Assembly (NCBI GenBank): GCA_051047955.1 | Contig: JBPGPT010000005.1 | Location: 496,001-560,000 of the forward strand | Length of the DNA stretch: 64,000 nucleotides | DNA from: Cystobasidiomycetes sp. EMM_F5 | Taxonomy: Eukaryota | Direction of reading: 5' to 3' | Shown: positions 39,165 to 52,600 of the stretch, piece after piece | Layout of the letters: each line of letters begins with the position of its first letter | Position numbering within the stretch: the stretch's first letter is position 1 | Position numbers and translations under genes: made by a program | The notes under the pieces: generated by a model | What the model saw: the letters and a program-made list of their open reading frames with translations, nothing else | The model's database searches: none | Told to the model about the DNA's origin: nothing

Positions 39165-41418
39165 TCATATTTCAAGATTTATACGCTCAAGAATTTTCGT
39201 CATTTTGGCGGAATCTTGCAACCCTAAATGGCCGTCCAGGATGTCGCTCAGATCAATATTGGTAATCACGGACGGATCACAGTCGTTCTCTACTTTGATG
39301 GCTTGTAAGCCCGCGACACCGAAAGACAAACGGGTTGAGATCAGCGTATGGAGGCGGGCAATGATCGCCAGCACCCAGTCTTTCGATCTAGGTTGTGGCA
39401 GAAGATGGCGCAGTCAGCCCTATAGCCGGAATAATACAGCCTTTGATGCTCACGAATAGGCATTCACCAGCCGCCGCGATGTCACCTGGCGCATCTTGAG
39501 CCAATCGCTTGGTCCAGGAGCAGCAGGTAGCGATATGAGAATGGCGTCAAATACCAAACCCGAGAGATTGCGTTTGTGCAATTCCAAAAGACAAGTCATC
39601 ACGGTGACAGCGCCAAGCGACGTTCCGATCTTCATAATAATTTGTACTTAGCGGACGCTGGCCGATATATACGCAGATGTTCAAAGAACATACCAACACC
39701 GTCGGGCGATTACCTTGCACACCCTTCTCCAGCACATCTGCTAAAATTATTCCCGCCTTTTGTGTCCTGTCGGTTGACCGCTGAAAATCATTGTCCAGCG
39801 CTCGGCATGCCGTCTTGTAAACTGTCGCAGGCAGCGCAATGGCTGCAAAGACAGTTGCTAATGCTGTCCGTTTGATGACCTCTGCCACGCCTCTTCCGAC
39901 CAGGAAACTAAAGATGCCTACGTCAGCACAGTCCTAAGCCCACAATGGACTCGGGTCCGTTGAAACGCACTTCTTCACATAGTTGTCCAGCGATTTGCCG
40001 GCACCGAGAAAGACTGCATCTTGCGATTTGGCCATTGCTCACAAGGTCACTTGACAGTGCTGACTCACCTGCAGACTCCGCTTTCAACGCATAGGCGTCC
40101 CGTCTATCTCTAAGCTTAGTTGTGAAGTATTCCCGGTAAGGTTCGATGTATCCATTGTCCTTGGTCAAAAACCCGGATGCGATAATAGTGGCCGACAAGC
40201 TCGGAATCTTGGGTGCGTCCTCCTCTTCAATCTTGACGAATTCGAACTCCTCTATTCCCTGCATCCTGGCCTTTGCTCGAAAAGCGGTGAGACCGCCGCC
40301 GGTGAGGCCGAACATTGTTCCCAGCAGAACAGCGCCCCCAGATGTTGCAAGGAAGGACAGCGCACCGCCTGTGACGGATACGAGCAAAGGTGCTACAAGC
40401 GGAGCAGCCAATCCTCCCGTAATGCCCAGAGCTACTCCGCCGACCAGGAAGCCTGCTCCAGTCGCTGCCCATTTCCACGGGGTACTCTTCTTGTCCCTAT
40501 CCGCAATAGCCCCCTGAGATGCGTCACGCATCCTGTCGGCCTCTTGCCGTGACTTGCTGTCCTTTCCATCGGCTTTCTCAGTCTCGTTGAGGACAAAGTA
40601 TAATTCCTGTGACATGATCTTTTCTTCGTCAAATACGGTTTTGGGAGGGATATTGAGGATTGCAGCGGTAGCGAACAGTAGATAACGAGATAAGGGCGTG
40701 TATACTCCTGCGTTCTCTGCAGGCTTGGTTGCTGCCGCTTTCGCTTGATGGGGGTCGACCTGGTCAGTCTTAGCAGGCGGTGGGAGATGGAGTGAGAGGA
40801 GGAGTAAATCATGTAATATTTCCAGATGTTTGTCTTCCGACAGCTCTGTAGCTGCTCGCTTGATGTCCGCAACGCGAGGTTTTGGCGGAAGTGTCAATGG
40901 ATCTAAAGCAATAACTTGCGAGAATCAGATGCGCCTCAAATGTACGCAATACACATAAATCAGACCCGCGTACCAAATTGGCAGTGTCTAGCAACTTCAT
41001 CGGCCCACTGTTTCGCTAATGTCTCCCGCTTTGCTCGCTCCGCAGCATTTGCAGACATGAGGACTCGTAGATTTTTGGCCTGGACGCCGAGTTCTCGTTC
41101 TTTATCAGCTTCTGAAAGCTGTGGCTCTGCTGTTGTTTCGGTAGTTGAAGCAGCAGTAGCAGCGGATTGCTGCACTTCCTTGGCTTGTGCATCTCGACCT
41201 TTCTCGCCGCTAGCCTTTGATTTCGGGGTGTCCTCCTCATCGTCGTCTAGAGAAAATGCAGCTAGAGCGTTGGATAGAATATTAACGTCCTTGATGTCAA
41301 TAGCCTGGTCGGGCGGCAGACGAGCGGAAGAAGCAGCTCTTGCGGCCGTAGCGATAAGCAGCCTGAGCGGGCCATCAAAGCTGGCGATATGAGAGCTCAA
41401 GCTTGGTTCTTGCGACAT
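39165..41418 (-). CDS. DUF726/TMCO4 (Mil1-like) protein with a lipase-like GxSxG motif
   Basis: GGVALGITGGLAAPLV, GGGLTAFRAKARMQGIEEFEF, GNRPTVL|IGTSLGA, RLVNAYS|SKDWVL. Confidence 0.9.
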
Positions 41419-41682
41419 TTGGTATTGGTCGCAGAGCTCGGCATTCAGTGCTTTGCCAGGCTGCAAATGATTTATCGTGTTGCGATAACGTCAGAGCTAC
41501 TTCTGCGTGCCTGACTGGTGCCGAGCAAGCAATATGTGGCGAAGTCCTGTACTACTAGCGATATGGCTAACACCATGCTGCTGAGCACTGTAGGCTCGGC
41601 AGCGCTGCTGTTGTCTGATGTCGTGCATAATGTATGCTACAAAAGAAAGTAAAATTGCGGGGCTGACAAATCTTGGATATGG

Positions 41683-43038
41683 CTAGTCATGTAGGAGTGG
41701 ACTAGACTCTGTTACACCCGTATCGTCATTGGCTGCTTCCAGTTCTGACCGGGAACTGCGGACTTCCCCAACCGCTGAGTGCCGATAGAGCACGTAATGC
41801 TGGACGATGAAGACAAGATCAAACAAGATCGCTAGCAAGGCCAATATTCTTATGGGATTGTGACATATCAGCTCAGGGAAGGAGCACCAAAATTTGCCCG
41901 ACGCACAATTTCGCCAGATTTCCCCAAATAGCATTCCAATCCTTAGACAGATACGCGTCCAGGAACAATTGTGCCCTGTGAGGAGTGGTCTTTACACAAA
42001 GCTGGCCGTTCACCGATAGTACCACGTACTCTGATGTTAGTCCGCCGAATAAATCCTAATCAATGTTGCATCCGTCAGTCCAGCACGATAAATAGTACTT
42101 GCGTGCACAACGCACAAGCAGTATGTTATAAATAGACCAGCCAGTTGTGCTCTTTCGCTGGTAATTCAGCCATGCCTGCGATAGTCGTCAATTATGCTTC
42201 CAATATGACCGGTCGACAGAGGTAAACTAGTTTACCTGAGGAATATACTTTATCAGGCTGATTGCCAATTTTAAATAAGAAAGGAAGTATAGGGCATCTA
42301 GCCAGGCTATCGAGCCGATTGCAGCTGCTACCATGCCGGATATTGCCAGTATGCCAGTCATCGTGACAAACAGAATTAGCGTGGAGGATATCCTTTCCGC
42401 GTCCGCCTGTCCTCAAACGCTATTTATTCAGCAGCCACTATAAGATCTCGTCCATTGATGCCTACCTTGTAAAGGACGGTCTGAGCTAGTGTGACACTTG
42501 CTATTGTGAGGGCCTGCAAGCATTCGTAAGGCGATTGTAACAACTGTCCACATGCAGTCTTACATGCACGGCAAATGCGACATCGTTGCCCCGCACAGAA
42601 GAGTCGTGGCCTGCGTGTCGGCGCCGATACTCTTCCCGGACACTATGCGAAGCGAAGAGTGCAGTATTGTATATCTGATCACAGCGATACCGTCAGCCAG
42701 GCTAGCCTTGGCAAAAGGATCATCTGGAGGGAGCTACGGAGTACGCGAGAAAGCCTTCCACGTTCAGATAGATGAATCCCAGACTCAAGCCAGTCACACT
42801 GTGTTGCAATGCCAAGAATGTTCATGACGCATGTCAAGTCGGGAACACCTCCAAGAAGCCGACCTTTTTCTTCGATAATTCAGCACAACTTGCGGATAGA
42901 AGGAGATGGACCATGCTCTGTACGAAGCATGGTATGTTGGCTTTGTTTCGTTATTGGAACGATCTCATCAGCTCACATCGTCGAGGTCCATCCAAGCAGT
43001 TGCGATATCGCAGAGCCAGCATTTGTCAATGGCAGCAT
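41683..43038 (-). CDS. ERS1: Cystinosin/Ers1-family PQ-loop transporter
   Basis: AWSISFYPQVVLNYRRK and IKYIPQ|AWLNYQRKSTTGWSI; FDLVFIVQHYVLY; C-terminal ESSPLL. Confidence 0.88.
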
Positions 43039-43289
43039 ATTGATAGTATCAATGAATCATTAATATAGGCAGGGTGCAGCCATAACAAGCATTGCGCAAG
43101 AGTCGGCGTGTTCTCGAGGGTCATTGTCGCCACAAAAAGATATATGATGCTGCCGTTCTGCTGGGCAGGTAGGCAATTGTGGGCTAGCTGTCCATTGTAG
43201 TTAACTACGATTCTATCGGCAACACGTTGGTATCTATTGATATACAACAACAAGACCTAGTCACAAGCAGCAAAAGCTTGCCTGCGGCT

Positions 43290-46200
43290 CTACCCTCCCT
43301 GCCGTGCGTGGGGATGACCTGGCGCGTTGGGATCAAACAAAGTCGCGCCAACCTTTGGCACTGGTCTAGGGATGTCGTAAGAGTAGAGCATCTCCCCAGA
43401 CGCCAACATGTCGGCCGGTGTCATCGCGCCAGGATAATACGGCGTAGGTGCATGAGCGTACACCATCGGCGCATGCCCATCGTTTCCGACATAAGCCTGA
43501 TTGATGTATGCGACCTGTGGCGCGCCGGGCATCATATGCGGTTGCGCGTATGCTGATGGACCAGTCACGGGCGGCCAAGGTAGCATTACTCCGGGTTGTG
43601 GCATGTAGCCTTGCTGCGGATACATCATTGGTGTGTACGACGCTGGCGGCATGGCCTGCCGTGATGGGTCTGACCACATTTGCTGTGGCATAAATTGTGG
43701 CGGTGACTGCTGGTACATCGGGTAAGGCTGCGGGATAAGCTGCGCGACTGGGTACGGCGGAAAGGGAGCTGCTGAGGCTGGCGGGGCGTATTGAGAACCA
43801 CCGTGTAATGCTATTTGTGCATGTGGAGCTACTTTTTCTTGCGGTGTTGCGTACTGACGGGGCACTTGTGCCGGCCTATTCGACTTTCTTCCAGTTCCAG
43901 TCGATTTGGCCGATGTTGAGCTTGATTGTGCCGAGTGCGTGGACTGCATCGAGGGTGAAGTGTGCCCGCTGGACTGTCTAGGCGACTGAGGCGGAGAGAC
44001 AGCCAAAGTTGTCGGGACCAGCGCTGTCCAGCCCTTCAGCGGATCGTATCTGAGCGGCGGATACTCGACAATCTTGGGTGCTCCAGCATACATCGGATTC
44101 ATTTGCAAATTACTCATGGCGGCCGTCATGCTTGGGCTGTTCTGACTAATCGATCTTCTACGAGGCGCACTGACAGTAGCGCGAGTACTGGAAACAGAAG
44201 CCGGCGGCGATGGCGTCGCATCACCTGTACCTCGGTCCACGGGAGACGCCGCACGTCGAGAAATGTTGTCCTCGCTTCGAGCTCGGATGTCAGGCTCAGA
44301 TACCGGAGAAGAAGGTCGCGCTCCGCCAAAAATTGCTGAAGGGGCGATCCAAGCTGGTCGTGCTGGTAAGCTTGGATGAGGTTCCGGCAAGGGCGAGACA
44401 AGAATGTCGCGCTGCCTCCCTTTGCCTTTGCTGCTACCGCTCATGACGCTCACAGCATCAGCGTCTCTATCGGACATTGCCGTTGAGCCGACCGTAGCTG
44501 AAGTTGAGCCGCCCAAGGACCGAACACTCATGGACGTACTAGTACTAGCGCTTGCCGAGGAACTAGAGTGTGAGTGCCGACTATGCGGTCCGGCAGATAC
44601 ACTGCCATTGGCAGAGGCACTGATACTACTGGCATTGCTGGACCCTGTGTCAAGCGACGGTCTATGCTGGCGAATGTGCGATTGCGTCAATGGTATCTGA
44701 CGGGAAAGTGGCCCATCTTTTCCATAGGCGTTCTTGAGCATACCCTGCTGGCTGCTGCGTGCGGCGGAAGAAGTCGAGGCAGTACGCGCAGAGGAGGACG
44801 CAGATGTGGTAGATGAAGAAGATGTTTCAGACGTCTCAGATTGTGCATAGGCGACTCGAGAAGTGGGCCCAAGATGGCTCGACCGGATACTGGCGTCAGA
44901 GCGACCAGTGTGAGAACGAACATGGTCGGTAAGAGATTGATACTGTACTTCAGATCCTTGCGCGGAAGGATAGATTATGTGAATCGGCGGATCAACACCA
45001 TTCGTTGACAGAGCGTTCAATGTCGTTAAGCCCTCAAAGCCCTGATCTTGGTGTTGACGTGCGTCATGCCGCTGCTGCAGAGGTATGTCACCTATGGATG
45101 ATGAAGACTGCGATTCAAGCTTCATGAGGCTAATGGTTAGCAATGCGATAGCCTCTTTGGGTTGATTTCTGACTGACACTATCCTTTGTCCCGCCTTCCT
45201 CAGTACCATCGGCGAATATTCGTTGTCTTGCAGCAGCATAAGCGGCTACACGCTCTTCTAGACTAAGACCGTGCACTGAATTAGGAGCTGTCGAGTTGCT
45301 GTCCATATTACGGTGAGCACGACTGGAGCCATTGACTGCATCTGCCATGCTGGCACGAGACATGATGCGGATAGGGGATGCAGAAGGCGATATACTCGGT
45401 ACGACGTCCGCCTTGCCGTTGGGATAAACGCTGGTGGAGGATGAGACTTCCAAGCCTGTCGGAGCGACCATCTTCAGCTGTTCTTTTGCAGCCGGCAGAG
45501 GCGTCAATATGGATGGAGATGGACTAGACACTTCTATATCTGCCGGTTCACTTGACAGAATTGACGGTTTCGCGACAGGCGCGTCCGCACTGCCTTGACT
45601 GGACGAGGGGATGACCGCCAGGAGGTCAGATATGCGCTGGAGGGGACTTAGAGGGCAACTTCAGCGAAGCCTTGCTACGGGTGTCTCGGCTGACTTACAC
45701 TGCAGACGACGAGGTCTTTACCAGAACAATTGTACCACTCAACGTGCTTCCTGCGGGGCCAGAAATTCCGGCTGGCGTTGGAGAATGGTGATGATGATGA
45801 TGAATGCGACTCGGAGCTCCTGACGGGATGGTGGGATCGAGTTCCCTCGCAATCTTCCATCTGTCTGCCAGTCGATGTATCAATAGCCGTTGATACGAAT
45901 TGAGCAGTGGTGGAAACGCAGGAGCGGCAACGCGCAGCCGCTGTTGCGTGGGGTCCTCCATGAATCTTCCCAGTTCCAACTCTGCACGTAGCAGCAGTAG
46001 CCTATCCTTGGCTATAGCGAGTCCGTCCAAAATGAGACGATCAATTTGGGCATGTTGAGGGTCTAGCTCGACTCGCGTGTCCGGCTGCGCTTTCTGCGAC
46101 AGAGCCAGAGCAGAACCGTTCTGATTTACCAAGTCCATATCCAGTTGCTGCGCGGATGGCATCGGTGTCGCTCCCGTAGCTGGAGCTTGTGACGCGGTCG

Positions 46201-46402
46201 CATGATGCGATTTATGGGCTGCCGGATCGCTTACAGACCTTGGCCGGTCATCGAACGATACGGTACGCTTCAGCAGCATCGTTGAGGCTGTTGCTGTATC
46301 GCTGAGGCCCAGGGAATCAGGCATATCTTCATTGGTCTCGACTGACAGGGTCGGCGCCGACTGCGACATGGCATCGCTGTCGGGGCCAAGCTCTGCACTC
46401 AT
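43290..46402 (-). CDS. R3H + SUZ domain RNA-binding protein (Rbs1/R3HDM-like)
   Basis: DRLLLLRAE..LNSYQRLLIHRLAD (R3H), SLEERVAAYAAARQRIF (SUZ), a P/Q/Y-rich tail ending in LFDPN. Confidence 0.85.
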
Positions 46403-46678
46403 TTCGCCGCGCTTCTGTTTGAGTCGTGCTAGGCGCAGCTGCCCGTGAAAGACGTCGTGGTTCGCGACACCAACAGATCATCGGACATTGGTTCGCGTCC
46501 GATAGAAAAGATGACCGAGCATTGGTGAAGTAGCATAGAGAACGCCCGAACAATTTTAGATTACCTTCTTACGATATGTCCCCACGCTAATCAGACAGGT
46601 AGATGAGTCTTGCAGTCGAGCTGTACGCTATGCTACAATTTACTGTACATGTGCTTATGCTTAAATGGAGCTAAAACT

Positions 46679-47622
46679 TCAGCAGCACCCGCCTATTCTG
46701 CTCGCGCTGGCTGCACTTCCGAGATTGACACTCGGGAAGCTACTTCCCTGCCGCTTTCGCTTGCGAGCCAATTCTTCCTTGTTTGCCAGTAGCCGCTCGT
46801 GCACCTTGCGTGCAGTTGACTCGAAAGCCGTCTCGATATTATGCCCAGTCTTGGCAGAAGTCTCTAGGTACTCCATACCATGCTCAAGTGCCCACTCCTG
46901 ACCCTCTGTCGTAGTGACTTCGCGTGTGCTTTCGGCCGCATCGGCTGTCGATAGTGGGATCAGTAATATCCTTGTTATCAGAATACGATAACTACCTTTA
47001 TTGCCAATAAGCACGACCACGATATTGTCTTCAGCCCACTGCTTGAGATCGTCGAGCCATTCGACCAGGCTGTTGAAGCTTCGTCGACTCGTGACATCGT
47101 ATACAAGCAGGCAACCCTCGGCGCCGCGATAGTACGAGCGCGTCATAGAGCGGTATCTTTCTTGGCCGGCGGTGTCCCAAATCTATTGAATCAGAAAGTG
47201 GCTCTAAGCTGTAGCCGGCAGCAGGTATGCGGGCAACCTACCTGTAATTTGATCTTGCGGCCATCGTCAAGCCCAATGAGGCGACTTCCAAACTCGACTC
47301 CAATCTGTAGCATCAGCACATGTCCAAACGTGCATGGACAGCAGATGAATGATCAAGACGGAAAGATAATTGGATTAAGCTGACGAAACGAGTGGCGACA
47401 TTATTTGATGAACTTACGGTAGGCTCACTGCTGCTCCCTAGAAAGCGTTTATCGGTGAGCTGTACCAGAATGCTACTCTTTCCGACGCTGGAGTCGCCGA
47501 CTATACAGAACTCTGCGATGGATCCGGATTCAGTATTGACGACATGGATCTAATGGCACCCTGCTTGACGGAAGCTGACTTTGGATATAATCGTATGAAT
47601 GCGAGCCGTTGGAGTCTGTCAT
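46679..47622 (-). CDS. Rab GTPase, Rab2/4/14 group (Rab2-like)
   Basis: GDSSVGKS, LTDKRF, PT|IGVEFG, WDTAGQE, RSYYRGA, GNK, ETSAKTG and C-terminal GGCC. Confidence 0.9.
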
Positions 47623-48303
47623 AATGAATCAAGAATCCTGAAGATGCTCCTGCAGGATCCCCCGAGCGTCGCCTTCCTTGTTGGCGTCTGAGTCGATTGT
47701 CCGGTGATGTCGCAATGAAGCTACTGACGCCTCAAGAAGCAGAGTTCGCAGCACTGATGGTTTTGATGCTGATACCGCGCATATCTTGGCTCTTACGACA
47801 CGCCTTTGCTTGGTTGGACCGCGATTGAGCCGCTTGGCCCGTCCACCTGCTTCTTTCGGGCGGGTCACCGTTTCTCGCTTTTACAGGACAAACGTACTCG
47901 CGGAAGGCCAGCTGACTCTGACATTTCCAGATGCGTTCCTCATCCAAACGTCCGCTTTCTGTCCATCATGGGATGTTGCAGCCAGCTTGCAGCACGCTGT
48001 AACGAAAGTGGGGCAGATGCGAATGGACCGACTGCCAAACCAAACGCTGTAAGAGCTCAAACACAACGAATCTGACTGCATCATTTGCGGCAAGCAAATT
48101 GCCATGCTCTGGAGCACTCTTTCAAGCGTATCCGACAATCTAATACATTTGACTATTAGCGATTCCCCAATGCCATTGAGACAAATCAGACAGCGCGGTG
48201 GTCGAGGCCGGTATCTGCTTGAATGACATTCGGCCGCAAGATTCCTCGCTGGAACAGGACGAGCGTACATGCGCAGACCTTCTCCCGAACCCAAGGAGCG
48301 ATT

Positions 48304-49391
48304 TTACCAATCTTTAGCGATCTTGAAGTACCAGGTGAAGTCTGCATGGATTCTAGCGGTTCATAATGCCATTTCGTTCAGCCCGTTGCTACGACGCACT
48401 TATTGACCACGCTTACGCGTTATCGTCGTCTAACACGCGCGACCTCACCGCATAGGTGCCTCGAGCGAGCATGCCTACAACGCGAGTGAGATTACCGTGG
48501 AGTATGAAGTATAAGAGGCGAGATACGCACCGGATGGCGCTTCCTCTGTTGGGAAACGCTTTGAGACTGCTTCCTCAGCGGGACCGTAGCTGTAAGGAGT
48601 ATGTGTCACCCAGCGTCAACGACCAGTGGGTGTAACGCAACGTACCTGCCAACCATCTGCTCGGTTTTGTCAACCGTTATCCCTTTCCGCTTAACTACCT
48701 GCAGCGGCATGCTCCCAAGTCAGCCGGGCTCGCCGTACAAATACGGTGTAGCTACATACCTGAATGTATCTTTGAATAGACAGCTCTAGCTCAGCCTGGC
48801 ATCGCAAACATACAGTAGTTGAAGAATAAACGCACTTCAGTCCAGAGACAATCGCTGCTGAGACAATGAATTGTATTTCCACGGCGTATTCCGAACCCTG
48901 CGAACGATGAAGTCAGAACATGGTGATAGCTGTAGTGAGAACCTATTGCGCACCTCTTTAATCTGCAGCGGATTCGTTTTTAGCGCTTCCAACTTTGCAG
49001 GGTTGCCGACGTCCAGAGTGATGGGGGATGCTAGGCCAGCGGATGTTAAGCTGAGGCCAATGACGTTGACCTACGAGCAGAAGTTACTTCAATATCAGAA
49101 CGGACTGCCAGGTATCGAGGAGTGATGCATGTATATTGTCTTGCGCGCTTCAGGTACGCCGGTACATGACGCTGCCATACTCACAGTGGGCTTTGCAGAG
49201 CCTGAGCCAGAACTTGCGTTTGCGGATATGCCCAGACTCTGCTTCCATCTATTGAGCGCCTCGTCGTCCTTGTCCAGCTCAGCCAGAGCCGCTACCGTCT
49301 TGGCCGAGGACAGCTGATAACCTGGCGTCGCTGTAGCCTGCAGCTCCGAATCATCGAATGATGCGCTGGCCTCAGCGTTGTGTTGGGACAT
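48304..49391 (-). CDS. RDI1: Rho GDP-dissociation inhibitor
   Basis: LDKDDEALNRWKQSLG, IKE|GSEY, VSGLK, G|SYGP, EEAPS|GMLARGTY, FTWYFKIAKDW*. Confidence 0.95.
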
Positions 49392-49607
49392 TTTAGAGTC
49401 GATTCGGCAGCAATGATAAGAATGGTACAGTGATTGCGTCAAGGGTAATGAAAGAGGTCTAAGCTCAGCACCGCTAACGCAATTTCAAAACTGAGAAAGT
49501 CTCGAGTTTGTCTTCTTCTCTGGCTACTACTGGTTCGTATGCTACATTGACAGCTGATGATCTACTGTCCTCATTCTTTACCCAACTACAAGATGTCACT
49601 ACGATTT

Positions 49608-52600
49608 CTAGTCGTCATTCATAAAGTCCACTGCAACATACTGTTCCTCATCGCGCATTGAGAACTGCACGCGATTGACTGTCTTTACTACTTGGGGTCG
49701 CACGTGTATCGTGTCGCTTGACAAAGTCTTCTCATCCGAGCGGAGGTCATCGAGCGTGGGAGAAGGAGGTGTGAATGTACCCGTACTCCTGCGGGGAGAG
49801 CCCATAGGCGATAGAGGGTCAGGTGATACCGAGCCAGATGATGGTGATGCGACAGCTTTGGTGGCATGAGTCCAGATGGGCTCGGCCAATAGCTCGTGTA
49901 ACCTTGCGCGTAAAGGCAGGCCACTCGAGGCATTGCGGACAGCAGAATCGTCGTCCGGCATGCAAAACTTGTCATCGTCTACGCTGGGCGATGAGGGCAG
50001 AAGCAGTGATTGGGCCAGCTCAAAACTGTCGAAATCAATTTCGTCAATCAGATCGGAATCTTCGAGGATGAGAGAATCGTCATCGCCATCATAATCGCTA
50101 TTGCATTGCTGCAGGGCATGGTCCGCTGGAGAGTGCGCCGTCCCGTCCTGCGATCTTGGTAAAGAACTAGCAGACCCTCGCTGGAAGCCGAAGTCGTTGC
50201 CGCTACTAGACTGGATGGCGCCACGGTCTACATTCGCAGCCATTTCACGTAGATTGTGAAGATGAGCCGCAGTCAACCAAGCCCTCCGGTCCTCGTCATC
50301 ATTGGAGCTGAACGATTGGTCATCGTCGGGATTGTCCGACTGATTGGTGTATGGCGGCACAGCAGGGGAAGTGTCCTCTGCCACGCTAGACATGATTTCC
50401 CGTACGACTGAGGCATCGTCAGATCTCAAAGCTTTGATTATTCGGCGTAAAGCATGTGGCCGCTCGATATGATAGACGCCCTGAGGTTCGCACATACGCA
50501 CGATGCATCTTGCTGCACAGATCCTGACATCGATCACCTCGTCTTCGCAGACGAGCAGCAGTTTGGCCTCAACATCTGCGCCCAATGATAAGCCGGCCTC
50601 AGTCAGTCGCAAAGCTGCAGTAGCAAATAACGCTCGGTATTTGTGATGGCCGTGCATGCTAAGCTCCAGGAGTATTGTCTTGACGATATCGTGCACGTCA
50701 GGTATCTCTGTAACGGCCATAACCGCTTGAACCTGTGCATGCTCATCAGCGAAAGCTTGCCATATGTTGAGGTAACTCCCTTACACCTCGGATGCCCAGC
50801 TGCCTCACGCTGTCAATCTCATCTATTAGGGCCAGACGGAGTGTATCACAGAAGGCGGTCGCAGGCAAGGCGCCGTGGCGAAGGAAGGGTGCAAAGACCG
50901 GTAAAGTTCTGGCCAGAGTCTCGCGCATTCGCCATTCCTTTTGCGGGTTATCTGCCCAGCACCGTGAAACCATGGCAAATATTCTGCCACTGCAATGGGG
51001 TTGTAGCACAGGCACCCACTCGGACATGTGTTCCCAGACTCTCGATGTGGTCTCGGCTTCATCATCGAAAGCGATGCTCTCGAACGTCTCCAGAATATCG
51101 CTCGATACTTGATCTGCGGAGAGGATGCCAGCTACATCGTGCAGAGAGGCCGCAATCAGGTATCTTGTCTGGGGAATATCGCGTGAGTGAGCGAGACGCC
51201 CGTATATTTTGCGTAGAATATGCCAGCCTGCAGAGCCTAAGGTGACGGCCACGCCTGGCAGATTGTACGCCGTTATAATGGCACGCTCTCTATCCGTGTC
51301 AGGGTCCCAATCTAGAGTAGACGATTCGGCATCTCCTTCTTGGGACGATGTCTCCAGCGATGCATTACGAGAAGCGTCCGGAACAGCAAGCGGGGTGGCC
51401 GAATCGCGCGAGACTTGGCCGATAAAGAGATCGACTAGCTCGATAGGGACATCATACCCGTGAAAGGTATATATGATAGGTCCCATCTGTTCCAGCACTG
51501 CTTGCTGTACAGAGCCATTTTCATCGCGATATAGCCGTCCAACAATCCGCAGTGTGAAATTTGCGTGATCCTCTGTCCCGATGAGATGTGAAACAACATC
51601 TGACAGCATCGTACATATTGTTCGTCGAACAATCACAGTTTCGTCATTTGCGAGCTGATCGAAAACCGTCAGCTGCATGTGGACAAGGGCACAGATCAGC
51701 TCAATACTATCGGAAGCTGCTGGAGAATTAACGCACAACTGTACGAGATATCACTTGCTGATCCAGGGTTTTCATTACGATGGTCAGTGTTTCTACTGCT
51801 TGTTTGCGCAGATGTGCAGACTCGTGCTTTGCTGCTGCCAAAACCACCGGAAGTAGCGTATCCTCCATGGACTGACGCTTAATTGCGTGCGTTTCTGCCA
51901 GGCCGGCGATGATACACAGCGTCACGAATTGTCCCTGCTGCGCGTCCAGGATCTCGTCAGCATCCCTGGGAGGGGAACTAGCAGACTGGAAGAACGTCGA
52001 GAATCGTGTGGCTTTATCATCGCTCTCGACTGCTGGTGTTTCTGCCGAACTGCCACGGCTACTGTTGGCTGAAGACCTGATCATCATTGCCAGCTCGGGC
52101 TGTTCCTCATGATCCAGATGGGCAAGCGCTACCACTATGTCTTGTATGAAAGTGTCACGAATAAGACTGCGAGCATCATCGCTCAGTGCATATGCCTTGT
52201 GCTTATGACTCCGGTTGTGAGATGCATGACTGTGCTGCGATGTGGAGGATTGAGAGGACGTTCGTGAAATGCCTGCTGCAGTGATTTGTGACGTCACTGG
52301 CGGAAGAGCGTCTTCCTGAGCGCCAGGTATCGCCATGTTCTGGATGCGTAACAGAAAGCGAACAACAGTGTCTTGCGCCATCTGCGAGACGCTCGGGATG
52401 TCATTGAGGAGGAGGAGGCCGAGAACCTCATGAAACGCGCTGATAGAAATGATAGGGCCTAAAACGTGGAAATTAGCGGAACACACAAATGCACGAAGAA
52501 ACAGCTGCCTACGGTCTAGTGCGATGGCCTGTGTGGAGGCATCGTGATCACTTTTACCGCCTTCATCATCGCCAATGGCAGTTGGAGGGGTATCAACATT

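Noticed and set aside
45130..45240. Apparent frameshift between the SUZ ORF and the 649-aa ORF
   Set aside because: Explained by a GTCAGT...GCTAAC...AG intron; no programmed frameshift is needed.
47623..48303. Short ORFs between RDI1 and the Rab gene, one ending just upstream of the Rab ATG
   Set aside because: No coherent spliced model or recognisable motif; probably UTR and promoter sequence.
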